From: Dendrobates tinctorius
Lineage: Eukaryota
Reading direction: 5' to 3'
Length of the DNA stretch: 64,000 bases
Assembly (NCBI RefSeq): GCF_039654945.1
Contig: NW_027361743.1
Location: forward strand, 31,682,001 to 31,746,000
Part shown: positions 1-13,240 of the stretch, piece after piece
How the letters are laid out: the number at the start of each line of letters is the position of its first letter
Position numbering within the stretch: position 1 is the first letter of the stretch
Made by a program: the position numbers and the translations under genes
Notes under the pieces: model-generated
The model's database searches: none
What the model was told of the DNA's origin: nothing
The model's input: only the letters and a program-made list of their open reading frames with translations

Positions 1-117
1 ATGTGAAACCAGCCTAAATAACATTTATTAGTTATCCACACCATTCCTGTAGAACAGGGCTCCCCTGTGTGAATGGATCGGTACTCTTCATGTGTGAACA
101 TCCCAAATTCACTTTTA

Positions 118-270
118 GGCCGAAGTCACACTCAACGATAAAAAAAATCGGTCCAATTTTTACGGTCCGAAATAGCACAAATGTTTCCTGACCAGTGATC
201 CGTCTGTCATCCGAATTTCCTGCGATGATCTGATTTTATTCGCATCTAAGCATCCGTATGGCATCCGTCC
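118..270. mobile_element. 5' part of a PIF/Harbinger-type MITE, interrupted by the SINE at 271
   Basis: TTA followed by GGCCGAAGTCACACT, close to the TIR GGC(T/C)GGAGTCACACT of the Harbinger at 25192-30123; internal CATCCG subrepeats; right end not identified. Confidence 0.55.
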
Positions 271-545
271 GTGGCTCAGTGGTTAGCGCTGTAGCCTTTC
301 AGCGCTGGAGTCCTGGGTTCGAATCCCACCAAGGACAACATCTGCAAGGAGTTTGTATGTTCTCCCCGTGTTTGCGTGGGTTTCCTCCGGGCACCTCGGT
401 TTCCTCCCACATTCCAAAGACATACTGATAGGAAATTTAGATTGTGAGCCTTCAGGGACAGCGATGCTAATGTGTGCAAAACTGTAAAGCGCTGCTGAAT
501 TTGTTAGCGCTATATAAAAATAAAGATTATTATAAAGATTATTAT
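271..545 (+). mobile_element. tRNA-derived SINE (V-SINE type) with an L2-derived 3' tail
   Basis: Pol III A box TGGCTCAGTGG (272-282) and B box GGTTCGAATCC (316-326); central V-domain-like GTTTGTATGTTCTCCCCGTGTTTGCGTGGGTTTCCTCCGG; tail ACTGTAAAGCGCTG...GCGCTATATAAAAATAAAGATTATTAT matches the 3' end of the L2 at 53640-53693. Confidence 0.85.
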
Positions 546-683
546 GTTTTTTCGGAGGCTTGCAAAATGGACATATAATGGATCCCTATGGCAGGTTAAA
601 ACACAAACGAAAGAATAGATATATATACACATAGAATACATATATGTATATATATATATATGTCATTGAGACACAATACAGTA

Positions 684-715
<32 letters not shown>

Positions 716-1036
716 CTGTATATATTTCATAGATTTCTACATAGTAGAATAGCCGCTAATTCAATTGCCGGCTTTTGTCAAATAATTCCCCAACCCGACA
801 TGAAAAGACACATGGTTTACATACAGTAAACCATTTCATTTCATGTTTTTTTTTATATGTCCCTGACTAATAATTAGATGAGGATTTGTGTGCAAAATTT
901 GGGACGTCTAGGTGTTAATTTAAAGGGTTAATTCATTGTAAAAAAAATGCGTGGGCTCAGCCTCAGTGACATCAGCGGGAGTCCCCGGCTGACCTGAAGT
1001 GAACTAATGAGCGTCGGAAATAAGTCAGAAGTTTAT

Positions 1037-1964
1037 TAACCCTTTAAGTGCTTCACAAAAACTGAAACATTGTGTAAAGAAAAAATGAACATTTAACTTT
1101 TTGCTCACAAAAATTTTTACTTCGGACACAATTTTTTTTATTTTCTCAAGTGTATCAGAAGAAAATGAACCACATTTGTTGTGCAATTTCTTCTGAGTAT
1201 GCCAATATCCCACTGCAGGGCTCGGAAGGGAAGGAACGCAAAAATTGACTGGAATCAAGAGAGGACACTATGTCACGTTTGGAGACCCCCTGATGTGCCT
1301 AAAGAGTGGAAATCCCCCACAAGTGACCCCATTTTGGAAACTAGACCCCTCAAGGGACTAATCTAGATGTTTGGTGAGCACCTTGAAGCTCCAGGTGCTT
1401 AACATAAGTTTATAACGGAGAGCCATGAAAATTAAAAATCACATTTTTTCCACAAAAATCATCTTTTAGCACCGATTTTTTTATTTTAACAAAAGTAGCA
1501 GGACAAAATGGAACCCCAAAAATTGTTGTGCAATTTCTCTTGAGTGTGCCAATACCCCCATGTGTGGATAAAAACTACTTTTGAGGCACAGTGCAAAGCT
1601 CAAAAGGGAAGGAGCACCATATTATAGTGCAGATTTTACTATTATGGTTTGAGGGTGCTATGACCCACTGGCAGAGCCCCTGAGGTGCCTGAACGGCAGG
1701 ACTCCTCATAAGTAACTTAACTGTACAAAATACACCCCTTGATGAATTAATCTAGGGGCGCAGTGATCATTTTGACACCATTGTTGGGTCACAGAATTTT
1801 ATACCATTGGGCAGTGAAGAAAAAAATAATTACATTTTTACCAGAAAAGTTTAGTTTTAGCTCCAGACTTTATATTTTCACACAAGAAGTGGGTAAAATT
1901 GGCACCAGAATTTGTCCCACAATTTCTGCTGAATATAGAAATACCCCGTATGTGGCTCTACAGT
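1037..1964. repeat. Large non-autonomous DNA-transposon-like repeat (piggyBac-like, tentative) with internal ~400-bp subrepeats; continues at 7259-7850
   Basis: Starts TTAACCC; recurring AAGTGACCCCATTTTGGAAA-type motifs; homologous copy at about 56950-60100; superfamily call is inference. Confidence 0.45.
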
Positions 1965-2229
1965 CAGTTCCGGTTTTAGGCAAAGTGGGGCCCTGGGCAA
2001 AAATTTAGAATGGAGCCCCAAATGCTGACATATTGCACATCACACAGAAGCATTTTAGTTTTAGTTACATGCGCGGAGTTCGGGACGCTAAACGAGTGTG
2101 ATCAACAATATTGACGTCGTTCGACACTTGCTTCCCGGCCTCTTTCCACCAGCTGAGGAGAATGATTGGGGATAGAACAATCACTAGTAGCGCAATCTGT
2201 CCCCATACAGCATCATGTTATCAGCAGCA

Positions 2230-4249
2230 TGTCACGCCGTTCTGTCTGTACCTGACAGAAGTAGGGGTCCTCATCTCCGTGCCACCATTACACAGCTATT
2301 CAGCACACTCTATTATTTGTAACTTCCCGGTTAACCTATTATTAGCGGCCCTTACCCCCATATTATATGGCACCTTGTTTGGTACAATTGAGTTTATTGA
2401 GTAGGGATATTCCTTGGGCTTTTTAGGCTTACTGAAAGCACAATAACTCCTCTCAAGTATGATGCACTTTATATGACTTTATGCAATATGGCATCTTATA
2501 TTTTTGCACTATGAATTTTGTATGATATTGTAGTTTTATGTCTATAAATTGTCCTACACGGATCTTAGCCTAGTACTTTTATATCCACATGGATTTATTG
2601 TTGTGAAACTAATGTTCATGGCTTTGGTCTGGTACTAATGTAGTGTTTCTGCTGTTCTGTATACCTATTCACTTGATTCTAATTCTATTGGTGCATGGAG
2701 TACTCTCTGCCTTGCTCTATATATTTTTTTGTGTATGATTTCTTTTAATTGTGATTAATAAAATTTCTATATATTTTTATCTTGTCTGATTCTTCCTCTT
2801 TTCTTGGGTTTATATTTCCTTTTTGAGGTTGACAATTTGTTTTGGTCTCCCTGTTGGATTTCTGTCTGTACCTGGTTGTCGGCGTGACAATGCATGTCTT
2901 TGCTTTAACCCTTTGCTCCTTTCCCCCTAATTACGCTGGGATACTGCTGGCTGTTACCTGTATGGAGCCCTTCTCTGCTGCGTAGCCATGCATGTGTTGC
3001 TAGGTCTTTGCTCTGCTGCTTGACCGTCCGCATGTGCGGTCCCTGCATGACTTTCCACATGTGTCTAGGCTTGCAGACGCTGCCAGGTGCTCTAAGCCTC
3101 AGTTCCTGCACTGACTGTGCTGCAATGGTTTCTGTGTGTGCTTAGGGTGTGCATGGCCACACCTCCCCTGCTTTTATCAGGGTTAGTGTGTGTACTTGAA
3201 ATGCTGTCCCCACTCCCCCACCAATTGCTGAGGGGTATCTCCTATATAAACTTCCCCTTGCCTGCTGGGTGTTGCCAGAGCTACTCACAAAGCTCCTGAA
3301 CTTTGCCATGTGTGGTTTGTGTCTGCGTTCCTTGACCTCTCCTGTCTCTGTTTTGGTACCAAAGTCCCTGCCTTGATTCCTGCTTTGTCCTGTTCCTGCA
3401 CCCTGCCCTGGAGGCGGTATATCCAGGCCTGAATCCTTGATGCTGTACCTGACCCTGTCTGAACTGTGTCTGCTGTTATGTTTCTGGTATCCCTCTGTGT
3501 TTGAAGCCCCGCACCCAGTGACTGAGTCTCTTGCAACCGGTGTTCCGGCTGAGCATCTACTACCCTGTGCTCTGACTACCATGTAGTGCTAGCTCTATGC
3601 AGGCCCAGGAATCCTGCGGTTCTAGCACCATCACGCTTCAGTTCCTTCCTAGGTCCAATGCCGGAGCCTGATGACTGCAGTGTGGAACCTGATGACCTCT
3701 GTCTGGAGCCTGGAGCCGGATGACCGCAGTGGTGCCTGTAGGTTGTGTCGGATGTCCCGAACCGAACGTCTCCTTTCTGATGTCTGCCGGTGACTCTGAT
3801 GTCCTGTGGGTGACCCTGATGTCCAGCCGATGCCCTGTTGTCCATCCGATGTCCTGATGTCCAGCCTGTGTCCTGATGTACTCTTATATTTTGATGTCCT
3901 CATGTACCCTTATGTCCTGCCTGTGTCCCGATGTCCTGCCTATGTGTGCCTCGGTGATCCGTTGGTGCCTTTGGGTCCACTGGGTGGTACCCTTCTGGGA
4001 GGTGTGGAATCAGGAGCCTGGCATAGCCCTGTTTATTCTATGTACTGTGTGACTTTACTTTAGTAAACTTTACGTTCTTTATACCTGAAGTTTTGCGGTG
4101 TCATCAAGTCCTACGTGTCTTCTCCTTGTTCACTTGCTCATGCTCAGCTGCCACAGAATCCCGGTCGTTGCCCTTCCCTAGTTCAGGTAGGCTCGGGCCC
4201 CCCTCTGTGGTATAGAGATGCCTGCTGGGCCGCGGCCGCAGTCGTGACA
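2230..4249 (+). mobile_element. Solo LTR (LTR-retrotransposon derived)
   Basis: TGTCACG...CGTGACA termini; 5-bp TSD cagca (2225-2229, 4250-4254); TATA-like CTATATAAA at about 3242; homologous to the LTR at 48339-55153. Confidence 0.8.
2255..2859 (+). mobile_element. Short non-coding retro-insertion (Penelope-like non-autonomous, inferred)
   Basis: 15-bp TSD ttctgtctgtacctg (2240-2254, 2860-2874); AATAAA at about 2757 then a T-rich 3' part, no poly(A). Confidence 0.6.
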
Positions 4250-4369
4250 CAGCATATCTGCAGTTTTCACTGGCGATGTGCTGATGAGAACAATAATTTT
4301 TGCTGCGGCATAAACAAACCAATCTCTCAATGAATAGGCAGCATTCTGTTTGTTTAGTATAATACACCC

Positions 4370-6840
4370 CATTGTCCTCCACATAGTATAAGGCACGCAC
4401 CATAGTTCTGCATATAGTATAATGTGCCCCATAGTCTTCCATATAGTATAATATCCTCCCCATAGTCCTCCATATGGTATACTACACTCCCCATAGTCCT
4501 CCATATGGTATAATGCACCCCCATAGTCTTCTATGTAGTACAGTTCACTTCCCATAGTATATTGCATGCCATAGTTCTTCATATAGTATAATGTATTCCC
4601 CATAGTCCTCAATACATTATAATGCAGGTCACAAGTAGTAGAATCATAGAATAGTAGATTTGGAAGGGACCTCCTGGGCCATCTGGTCCAACCCCCTGCT
4701 CAAAGCAGGATTCGCTAAATCATCCCAGACAGATGTCTATGCCGCCTCTATTTGAAGACTTCTATTGAAGGAGAACTCACCACCTCTCATGGCAGCCTGT
4801 TCCACTCAATGATCACTCTGTCAAAAAGCTTTTTCTAATATCTAATCTGAGTCTCCTCCCCTTCAGTTTCATCCCATTGCTTCTAGTCTTTCCTTGTGCA
4901 AATGAGAATAAAGATGATCCTTCTACAATGTGACAGCCCTTGAGATATTTGTAGACAGCTATTAAGTGTCTCCTCTAAGTCTTCTCTTCTGCAAGCTAAA
5001 CATTCCCAAATCCTGCAACCTTTCCTCATAAGACAGGGTTTGCAGACCGGTCACCATTCTGGTCGCTCTTTTCTGAACTTGCTCCAGTTTGTTTGTCTTT
5101 TTTAAAATGTGGCGCCCAAAACTGTACACAGTTTTCCAGATGAGGTCTGACCAAAAAGGAGTAGAGGGCAATAATGACTTCACGTGATCTAGACTGTATG
5201 CTTCTGTTAATACATCCTAGCATTGCATTTGCCTTTTTTGCTGCTGCATCACACTGTTGATTCATATTCAGTCTGTGATCTATTGGTATATCCAAGTCTT
5301 TTTCACATGTGCTGTTGCTTAGCCCTATTCCTCCCATTCTGTATATGCTTTTTCATTTTTATTGCCAAGATGTAGTACTTTTCATTTTTCCCTGTTAAAA
5401 ACCATTCTGTTAGTTGCTGCCCACTGCTCCAGTTTATTTATATCTTTTTGAATCCTCTCTCTCTTCTCTAGCATTAGCTATCCCTCCTAGCTTTGTGTCA
5501 TCAACAAATTTAATCATTTTACCCTCAATTCCTTCATCTAAATCGTTAATAAAGATGTTGAACAATACAGGACCCAGGACAGAGCCCTGTGGTACCCCAC
5601 TTGAGACATTCTTCCAGCTGGATGTGCAGCCATTTACGACCACTCTTTGGGTCCAATCACTAAGCCAGTTATAAATCCACCTAACAGTTGCCTTGTCCAT
5701 TCCATACTTAGCCATTTTTTTCAATAAGGATTGTGTGAGATATCTTGTCTTCAGCAAAGCATTTGACAAAGTATAGTATATCTACAGCATTTTGTTGATC
5801 CACCCTGTCAGTGATTCTGTCATAGAAGGAAATTAAGTTAGTCTGACATGACTTATTAGTTACAAACCCATGCTGACTCTGTTTAATCACTTCATTCTTA
5901 TCCAGGTACTTACATACATGTTGTTTAATAATTTGTTCAAAGATCTTTCCTGGTATAGAAGTCAGACTCACCGGCCTATAGTTCCCTGGGTCCACCTTCT
6001 TCCCCTTATTGAAGATAGGAACAACATTTGCTCTTCTCCAGTCTTCAGTATAATGCACTGGCCAAAGTCTGATAGAGTATAATGCAGCCCCCATATAGTA
6101 TAATGCAGCCACCCCAAAGAATATAAAGCAGCCACCCCACAGAATACAAAGTAATCCCCTCATAGATCATAAAGCAGTCACCCCATATAGCATAATGCAG
6201 CCACCCCACAAAATATAATGTAGCCCTCTCATAGAGTATAACATAGCCCCCCCATAGAATATAATGTAGCCCCCTTGTAGAGTATAATGCAAGCCCTCAT
6301 AGAAGATAATGTAACCCCCCCACAGATTATAATGCATCCACCTCCCAAGGAAAATAATGTAGCCCCTTCACAGAGTATAATGCAGCCCCCGCCATAGAAT
6401 ATAATGTAGCCCCCTCATAGAGTATAATGCAGGACTTCCATGGAATATAATACAGCAACACCATAGAATATAATGCAGCCCCCATAGAATATAATGTAGC
6501 CCTCTCCATAGAATATAATGTAGCCTCCTCATATAGTATAATGCAGCCACGCCCTATAGAATGTAATGTACTCCCCTAATAGGGAATACAGCAGACTCCC
6601 TATAAAATATAATGCAGCCTCCCTCATATAGTATAATGCAGCCCCCTCATATAGTATAAAGCAGCCCCCAATATAATATAATGCAGCCGCCAATAGACTA
6701 TCATTTAGCCCCCTCATATGGTATAATAAAGGTTCCTCATATTATGGTGCAGCCCCCCTCATAGAATATAATACAGCCCACCCCATAGAATATAAAGTAG
6801 CCCCCACCCTCCCCCATAGAATATAATCCAACCCCACAGT
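4370..6840. repeat. Minisatellite (~21-30 bp, CCCCATAG(A)GTATAATGCAG core), split by the CR1 at 4636-6045
   Basis: Degenerate tandem units at 4370-4630 and 6047-6840. Confidence 0.85.
4636..6045 (-). mobile_element. 5'-truncated CR1 LINE, disrupted RT
   Basis: [28 protein letters not shown] and CVQFWAPH motifs; (ATTCTATG)n-type tail; closely similar to 15004-16435. Confidence 0.95.
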
Positions 6841-9800
6841 CCAGTACTCACTTGCTGATATATTTAAAAAAAACCCACAATGCTCACCTCCTCATCGTTC
6901 CCTGTGTTGCTCCAGGCTCGGCTCCGGTCTCAGCAGCTGCACTGCGGGGGACACAGCAGGTGCGAGATGAAGTGATGTCATCGCACACCTGCAGTGTCAC
7001 AGGCAGAGGGGAATGATGGGAGAGGGAGCGTCATCTGATGCTCTCTCCTCCATCATTGCTTTCAATTGTATCGGCATCTATGATGCCAATACAGTTGAAA
7101 GTGGCAAGGGTCAGCGCTGGCGGGCCCCCCTAACTCACGGGCCCCATAGTAGCCATGTGGTGTGCTGCTATTTGCGGCACGCCACTCGCTGGGGGACCCT
7201 GGGAGGAGCAGGAGCCCTAGAAAGCTGCCTAGTCTGCCTACCACTAACGCCTGCCCTGTATACAGTACTGCTTAGCCATACAGAGAGTCTCGGTAGGGAT
7301 GGAGCCCTATTTGCCTCCTGGAATGCAGATTATTCTAATTTTCCTAGAATAGTTTGTGGACTCCATATTCACAGCCCCTAAGTGCTAGAGAGTAGAATCC
7401 CCCCCCAAGTGACCCCATTTTGAAAATGATAGCGCTGCCAAATATGAACGCTAAAGCTGGTTTATGCACACTGGGGCTCAGAAGGGAGTGGGGTATTTAG
7501 ATTTGGGAGTGCAGAATTCACTGAATTTGTTTTTGGGGGCAAAGAGCCATTTAGCATTTACAGAGCCTTTGTGCTACCAGTAACGTGGAAGCCCCCTATA
7601 TTTCCGTTAGCAGAAGATGGACTTGAGTGAGGGCTTCCTTTTTCTGGATTGAGTTGAAGCTTTTATGGGAATATTTTTACATAACCTTTGGGATCACATT
7701 TATCTGGTGCTCTACGCAGAGCACTTACTTTGGGGTTTCCATCTAAATCTCTGAGTGACGTGACAGATGAAACTCCCAAGGTATTCAATCACTGTAATGA
7801 GGCAGCAGAGTTACTCTGGACTCTGTCTGACCTCTGTTCAGCATTGTCCTTTGTCACGGGGTCCTTCTCCGATACCACACAATCAACAGAGGGTGAACAA
7901 TCCCAAGACCTTTATTACAGGCAAAATTAGAAGGTCCATAAGCAATCCACCACACTGAGGATTCAATAGTCCTGAACAAGAATGTAGTCCAGTAACAGGT
8001 GAAATAGAAATATACACAAAATGATATCCGCATAGCCTATCACACCATCACAACCTTCCTTTCAGGTGCACAAAACTATGGTGGACCGCATTTTCATGCA
8101 CGCCTAAAAAGACCGACACCGCCGGATCACAGATCCTATGGCACCCACAGTGCCTCCATCTGCCTCATTATAGGGAATCTTCCGATGGCAGATCTGTCTG
8201 AATCATGCATTTCAGAGATGTACATGGAAACCCTGGTGCTAGCCCTCAGTGTAGAGCACAGGATAAATGTGCGCTGAGCCTTACGGCGATCTTTGGGAGG
8301 CAGAATGAGTTTAAAGTCAGCAGAGATCTAAGCAGGGTTCACGAAAAATAAGCAGAACCTTCCTGGCTTAACAGATAACAAAACAAAGTGCAAAAGAGTC
8401 CTTTCTCTGCAGGTTTCACCCACAAATGCCACACAGTATCCATAGCTCCTCCTAGAGCCATGTGGGAGTTCCACCTCTCCCAAGTCACAACCCCAACTTA
8501 CTCTCCAGGCAGGCTTTTTAACCCAGACCATATGATGATCACCTGACCATGACATCATCTCAGGTCCTGTTAGTACACATACCAGTGTCGGCTCTGCAGG
8601 AGGAGATATGGTGAGCACACCCCCTTGCACTCTTTGGATGCCCACATAAAACTAGCCCATGTATACAACTTTAAATTATCCCTCTCAGCATGTAGCGTGC
8701 TGGAGGAAAAATATCCTGGTTTTTCATCATTGATGCCAATATGCGCAGTGACACATATCTCCCTTCATACACTGTGCCAGTTACCCTGTCTCAACATATT
8801 TACATAAAAGAGGGTAATTCTCTACTTGGGCATCCAGCAAGGTCACCAACCATCAAGAAATTACAGGACAGTCCTTAAAAATAGGGCACTTCTTTTCCCT
8901 GTTCGTAAGACAGCCATGATTTTTTTTTTAAGCTAAAGAAAATTTTACAGATTACTTTAATTGTAGTTATCATCATTTTATCAGCTTACAGCTGATGTCT
9001 TCATATCACAATTATGGGCTGTAGACAAGTATCAACTATAATCATAATGATTTATTATGGTTTTCCAATGTGCCCGTAAAAAGTATTGTCTGTTCGAAAT
9101 TTTTTGATAAGTTGTCTGGAATAAAGAAAAAGTCAAGTTGGCAACCCTGTCCGCCAGTAAAATAGTCAATAGTCAAAAGGGTAGCTATATGGTAGTAGAT
9201 GTATAGGTTTCACCCAATCCCCCCATGTCTCACAAGAAGACAGCACTATAAATGGCGTATAGCAGGTGAACATCTGTTACATATTTTGCTTTGGGATCCA
9301 AGGGCTTTAAGTCACTCCTTTGCTAGTAACGCTTTGATGCATGATGGACCTAAATGAGTACATTATAATACTACATTTGAGTCCAGCTCAGGTATAAAAC
9401 AACTGGCCAGACAAATCATACAAGGGAACCCAGCCTTAAGAATGGAAGTCAGTGACTATCTGGAAAAAAAAACACATGGCAGTTACTATCCATTAGATTT
9501 GAGCGATTCTCATGACCTTGATCAAATGGCCATATTGGTACTCCGAGTCATCCATACCAGAGTACCGAAAACTGCCTACTACCTTCTGAAATCCCTGACA
9601 ACTCTTCAGATTAGTAGGCCCCAGCAATGCTATGTCTGCGTTATGACATGCATTCCACCAGAATGTCATGGGGTCTATCCATCAGCACAGGCTCTGAGGA
9701 TATCAGCAAGTTGTAGGAAGTTTGCAGTGCCACGGAGTAGTGACGTGCCATCTGGACCAGGGTGCTCAGCTCTACTTCCCATAGATGGATCATGTGTGAT

Positions 9801-11340
9801 CTTCAGTCATGTACTCCTTACCTACAATTTATCATCTTAATTATTTTTTATGTACTGGGGATTATTACCATAGACAGAGACTCTTACAAAAGGTTTTGGA
9901 TGTCTGTCTCCTAAATTGTTTATCCCCACATCAAAGTTTCTAATTAAAAATGGTAAATATCCACATTCCATTCATTTCTTTCCTAAAACTATTTCAAAAT
10001 CATTCATTGTCACTTCTCGGTAGTGATGAGGGGAATTTTTGGTCTAGCCAACAGCACTCCACAATGTTGTAATCTCTATAGTATAAATTCAGTGACTTAA
10101 TATGAAAGCATTTAATTTGTATAAAATTCCCCAGCAACAATGCTCCTTGGAATGGGACTAATTATTGTCATCTGCACCCCCATTGCAACAAAACATGCTG
10201 AACTAGTGGGAGACAGTCTTAAGGATCATCAAAGTGTAAGTTCAAGTCCAGACATTCTCATCTTATGCTTCATGCTGAGTGATTAGTTCATTAAGAATTT
10301 TGCCTTGTAAGCTTCCTCTGTTGACGATGCAACTGCTCCGACACAACTCAAAGAAAATTCCAAAATAGTCATAAACACTAAACACATGTTTCCACATAAG
10401 GACATTTACCAAAATTAGTGCTGATGCCTGGAAAATGACCTTTTGTAAGAATTGGCAGAAAGAAAAAGCAGAATAAAAAATTAAAGAGGCATTACAATAA
10501 TTTATAGGATTTTTGTCGATCTATAGACTGGACATTTTGCAGCCCAGGGGTCTTATGTGTGGGCTACACCAGTTGGGACAGCACAACGTATCGGACCTAT
10601 ATTGTGAGATAAAAAAATTATCGGGACAATTTATTTTTTTACAGTTTGCTGCTTATTATCTTCCTGTTGTGCCCGACGCCAATCTCCGCTGGCACATAGC
10701 TGTCACAGACCGCTCCTGCTAGCAATTCAGCTGCTTCCACTGACGTCATGTCAACAGAGCAGCTCTACATTGTTGACGATGCATGACTGCTCACGTTGTG
10801 CTCATTGACAGTCAGCTCCCTGATACAAAACTACAGGAAGGCAGCTGTTAATCTGCATAATTCCAGCAGTGACGCCCTGTCGATGGAACAGCCAAGAAGA
10901 GGAAGAGCTGCTCTGTTTAGGTGGAGCAGCTGAATCGCTAGCACGAGCAGTCAATAACTGCTCTGTGCCAGCGCCAGGTAGAACAGACAGGTATTTATCA
11001 ACTACCTGCCTTAGCATTTTAGGACTATAATAAAAAAAAATACATACAGTGGAGGAAATAATTTTTTGATCCCTTGCTGATTTTGTAAGTTTTCCCACTG
11101 ACAAAGACATGAACAGTCTATAATTTTAAGGGTAGGTTAATTTTAACATTGAGAGATAGAATATCAAAAATAAAATCCAGAAAATCACATTGTATAAATT
11201 ACATAAATTTATTTGCATTTTGCAGTGAGAAATAAGTATTTGATCTCCTACCAATCATTAACAGTTCTGGCTCCTACAGACCAGTTAGACGCTCCTAATC
11301 AACTCCTTGCTGGCAGTAAGACAGCTGTCACATGGTCACC

Positions 11341-12159
11341 TGTTATGAATGAGTCACCGGAGGAAAAAGCAAAAATACAAGCTAAGTCCAGAAAACCGGA
11401 GAGGTTGGTAGCTATCGGATTGCAGACCCCTGATCCTATCCACAACAACTAACAGTAGCCGTGGGGGGTTCCTACGATGCCCTAAACCCCTCGATCACAG
11501 CCGGAGAACTAAATAGGCCTAAAGAAAGAAAGGGGAAATCTAAACTGCCCCAGAGCAGACCCCAAAGCAATAGGCAGCCCCCAACATATAATGATGGTGA
11601 AGCAAGATGAAAACACTAACACAGATAGAAAGATAGGTTGAGCAAATGATGGGGCCCAAGCTAACTAAAAAGGACAGGATAGAAAAGCTGCTGTCTGCAA
11701 TCCGCAAAAAACCCTACCAAAAAATGTCCCAACCATCTGATAGGAAAAACAGGCCCTGAAATCGCTAGGACTTAAAAATGACTATATCAGCACTTAGGTA
11801 AATTCTGAAGACAGAGCAAAGAGACAAACTGATCAGAGACAAAAATGGAACTCAGCACACCCCCGACCGGGGATAGCTGAACTCCAAAAAACAAGGTAAG
11901 CAAAACAAAACTAATAAGTTCAATAGCAGAGCAAAAACTTATCTTTGGAAGCAGGAATCAGACTGGTCTCCAAGAATCCAGCAGAGAAATCACCAGCGAC
12001 TCAGAAGGGCGTCGGCTGCCTTATATCCAGTCAGCAGTTCCTGTTACCCAGTCATCATCTACCAGATCAGGTGTTTGGTAATCAGACTCACTACCTTCCT
12101 TCACCAGAAGAGGGAGTTCATCAGACATCGACGGTGAAGGGGAAAATGATCTCACAACA
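11341..12159. mobile_element. Solo LTR inserted in the Tc1 5' region
   Basis: TGTTATGA...TCACAACA termini; 6-bp TSD gtcacc (11335-11340, 12160-12165). Confidence 0.85.
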
Positions 12160-12220
12160 GTCACCTTTATAAAAGACTCCTGTCCACAGACTCAATTAGT
12201 CAGACTTTAACCTCTACAAC

Positions 12221-13240
12221 ATGAGCAAGAGCTTTATACGGATGTCAGGGACAAGATCATAGACCTGCACAAAGCTGGAATGGGCTACAAAACCTTGAGT
12301 AAGACGTTGGGTGAGAAGGAGACAACTGTTGGTGCAATAGTAAGAAAATAGAAGAAATATAAAAATGATTGCCAATCAACATCGATCTGGGGCGCCATTC
12401 AAAATCTCACCTCGTAGGTATCCTTGATCATTTGGAAGGTGAGAGATCAGCCTGAAACTACATGTGGGGGGACTTGTTAATGATCTCAAGGCAGCTGGGA
12501 CCATAGTCACCAAGAAAACCATTGGTAACACATTACGCCCTAAAGGTTTGAAATCCTGCAGTGCCCGCATGGTCCCCCTGCCCAAGAAGGCGCATGTGCA
12601 GTCCTGTCTGAAGTTTGCCAATGAATATCTGGATGATTCTGTGAGTGATTGGGAGAAGGTGCTGTGGTCACATGAGACAAAAATTGAGCTCTTTGGCATT
12701 ACCTCAACTCGCCGTGTTTGGAGGAAGAGAAATGCTGCCTATGACCCAAAGAACACATCCCTACTGCCAAGGATAGAGGAGGAAACATTATGTTTTGGGG
12801 GTGTTTCTTCGCTAAGGGCACAGGACTACTTCACCACATCGATTGGAGAATGGATGGAACCATGTACCGTAAAATCCTGAGTGACAACCTCCTGCACTCG
12901 GCAAGGACATACAAAATGGGTTGTGGCTGAGTCTTCCAGCAAGACAATGACCCAAAACATACAGCCAAGGCAACAAAGGAGTGGCTCAAAAAGAAGCACA
13001 ATAAGGTCATGGAGTGGCCTAGCCAGTCTCCAGACTTTAATCCCATAGAAAATTTATGGAGGAAGTTGAAGCTCCGAGTAGCCAAGCAACAGCCTCAAAA
13101 TCTTAATGATTTAGAGATGATCTGCAAAATAGAAGTGGTCTAAAATTCCCCCTGACATGTGCGCAAACCTCATTATCAATTGCAAAAAATATCTGACTGC
13201 TTTGCTTGCCAACAAGGGTTTTGCCACCAAGTATTTGGTC
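12221..13240 (+). pseudogene. Tc1 transposase pseudogene
   Basis: [22 protein letters not shown] and [15 protein letters not shown] motifs with stops and frameshifts. Confidence 0.9.

Larger units (their letters stand above)
1965..7258. mobile_element. hAT-type non-autonomous element hosting a solo LTR, a CR1 and a minisatellite
   Basis: CAG...CTG termini; 8-bp TSD tctacagt (1957-1964) / tatacagt (7259-7266); uninterrupted empty-site sequence visible in the paralogous repeat at about 57421-57450. Confidence 0.6.

Noticed and set aside
271-335. tRNA gene
   Set aside because: It has A and B boxes but no complete acceptor stem, and runs straight into a SINE body and L2 tail.
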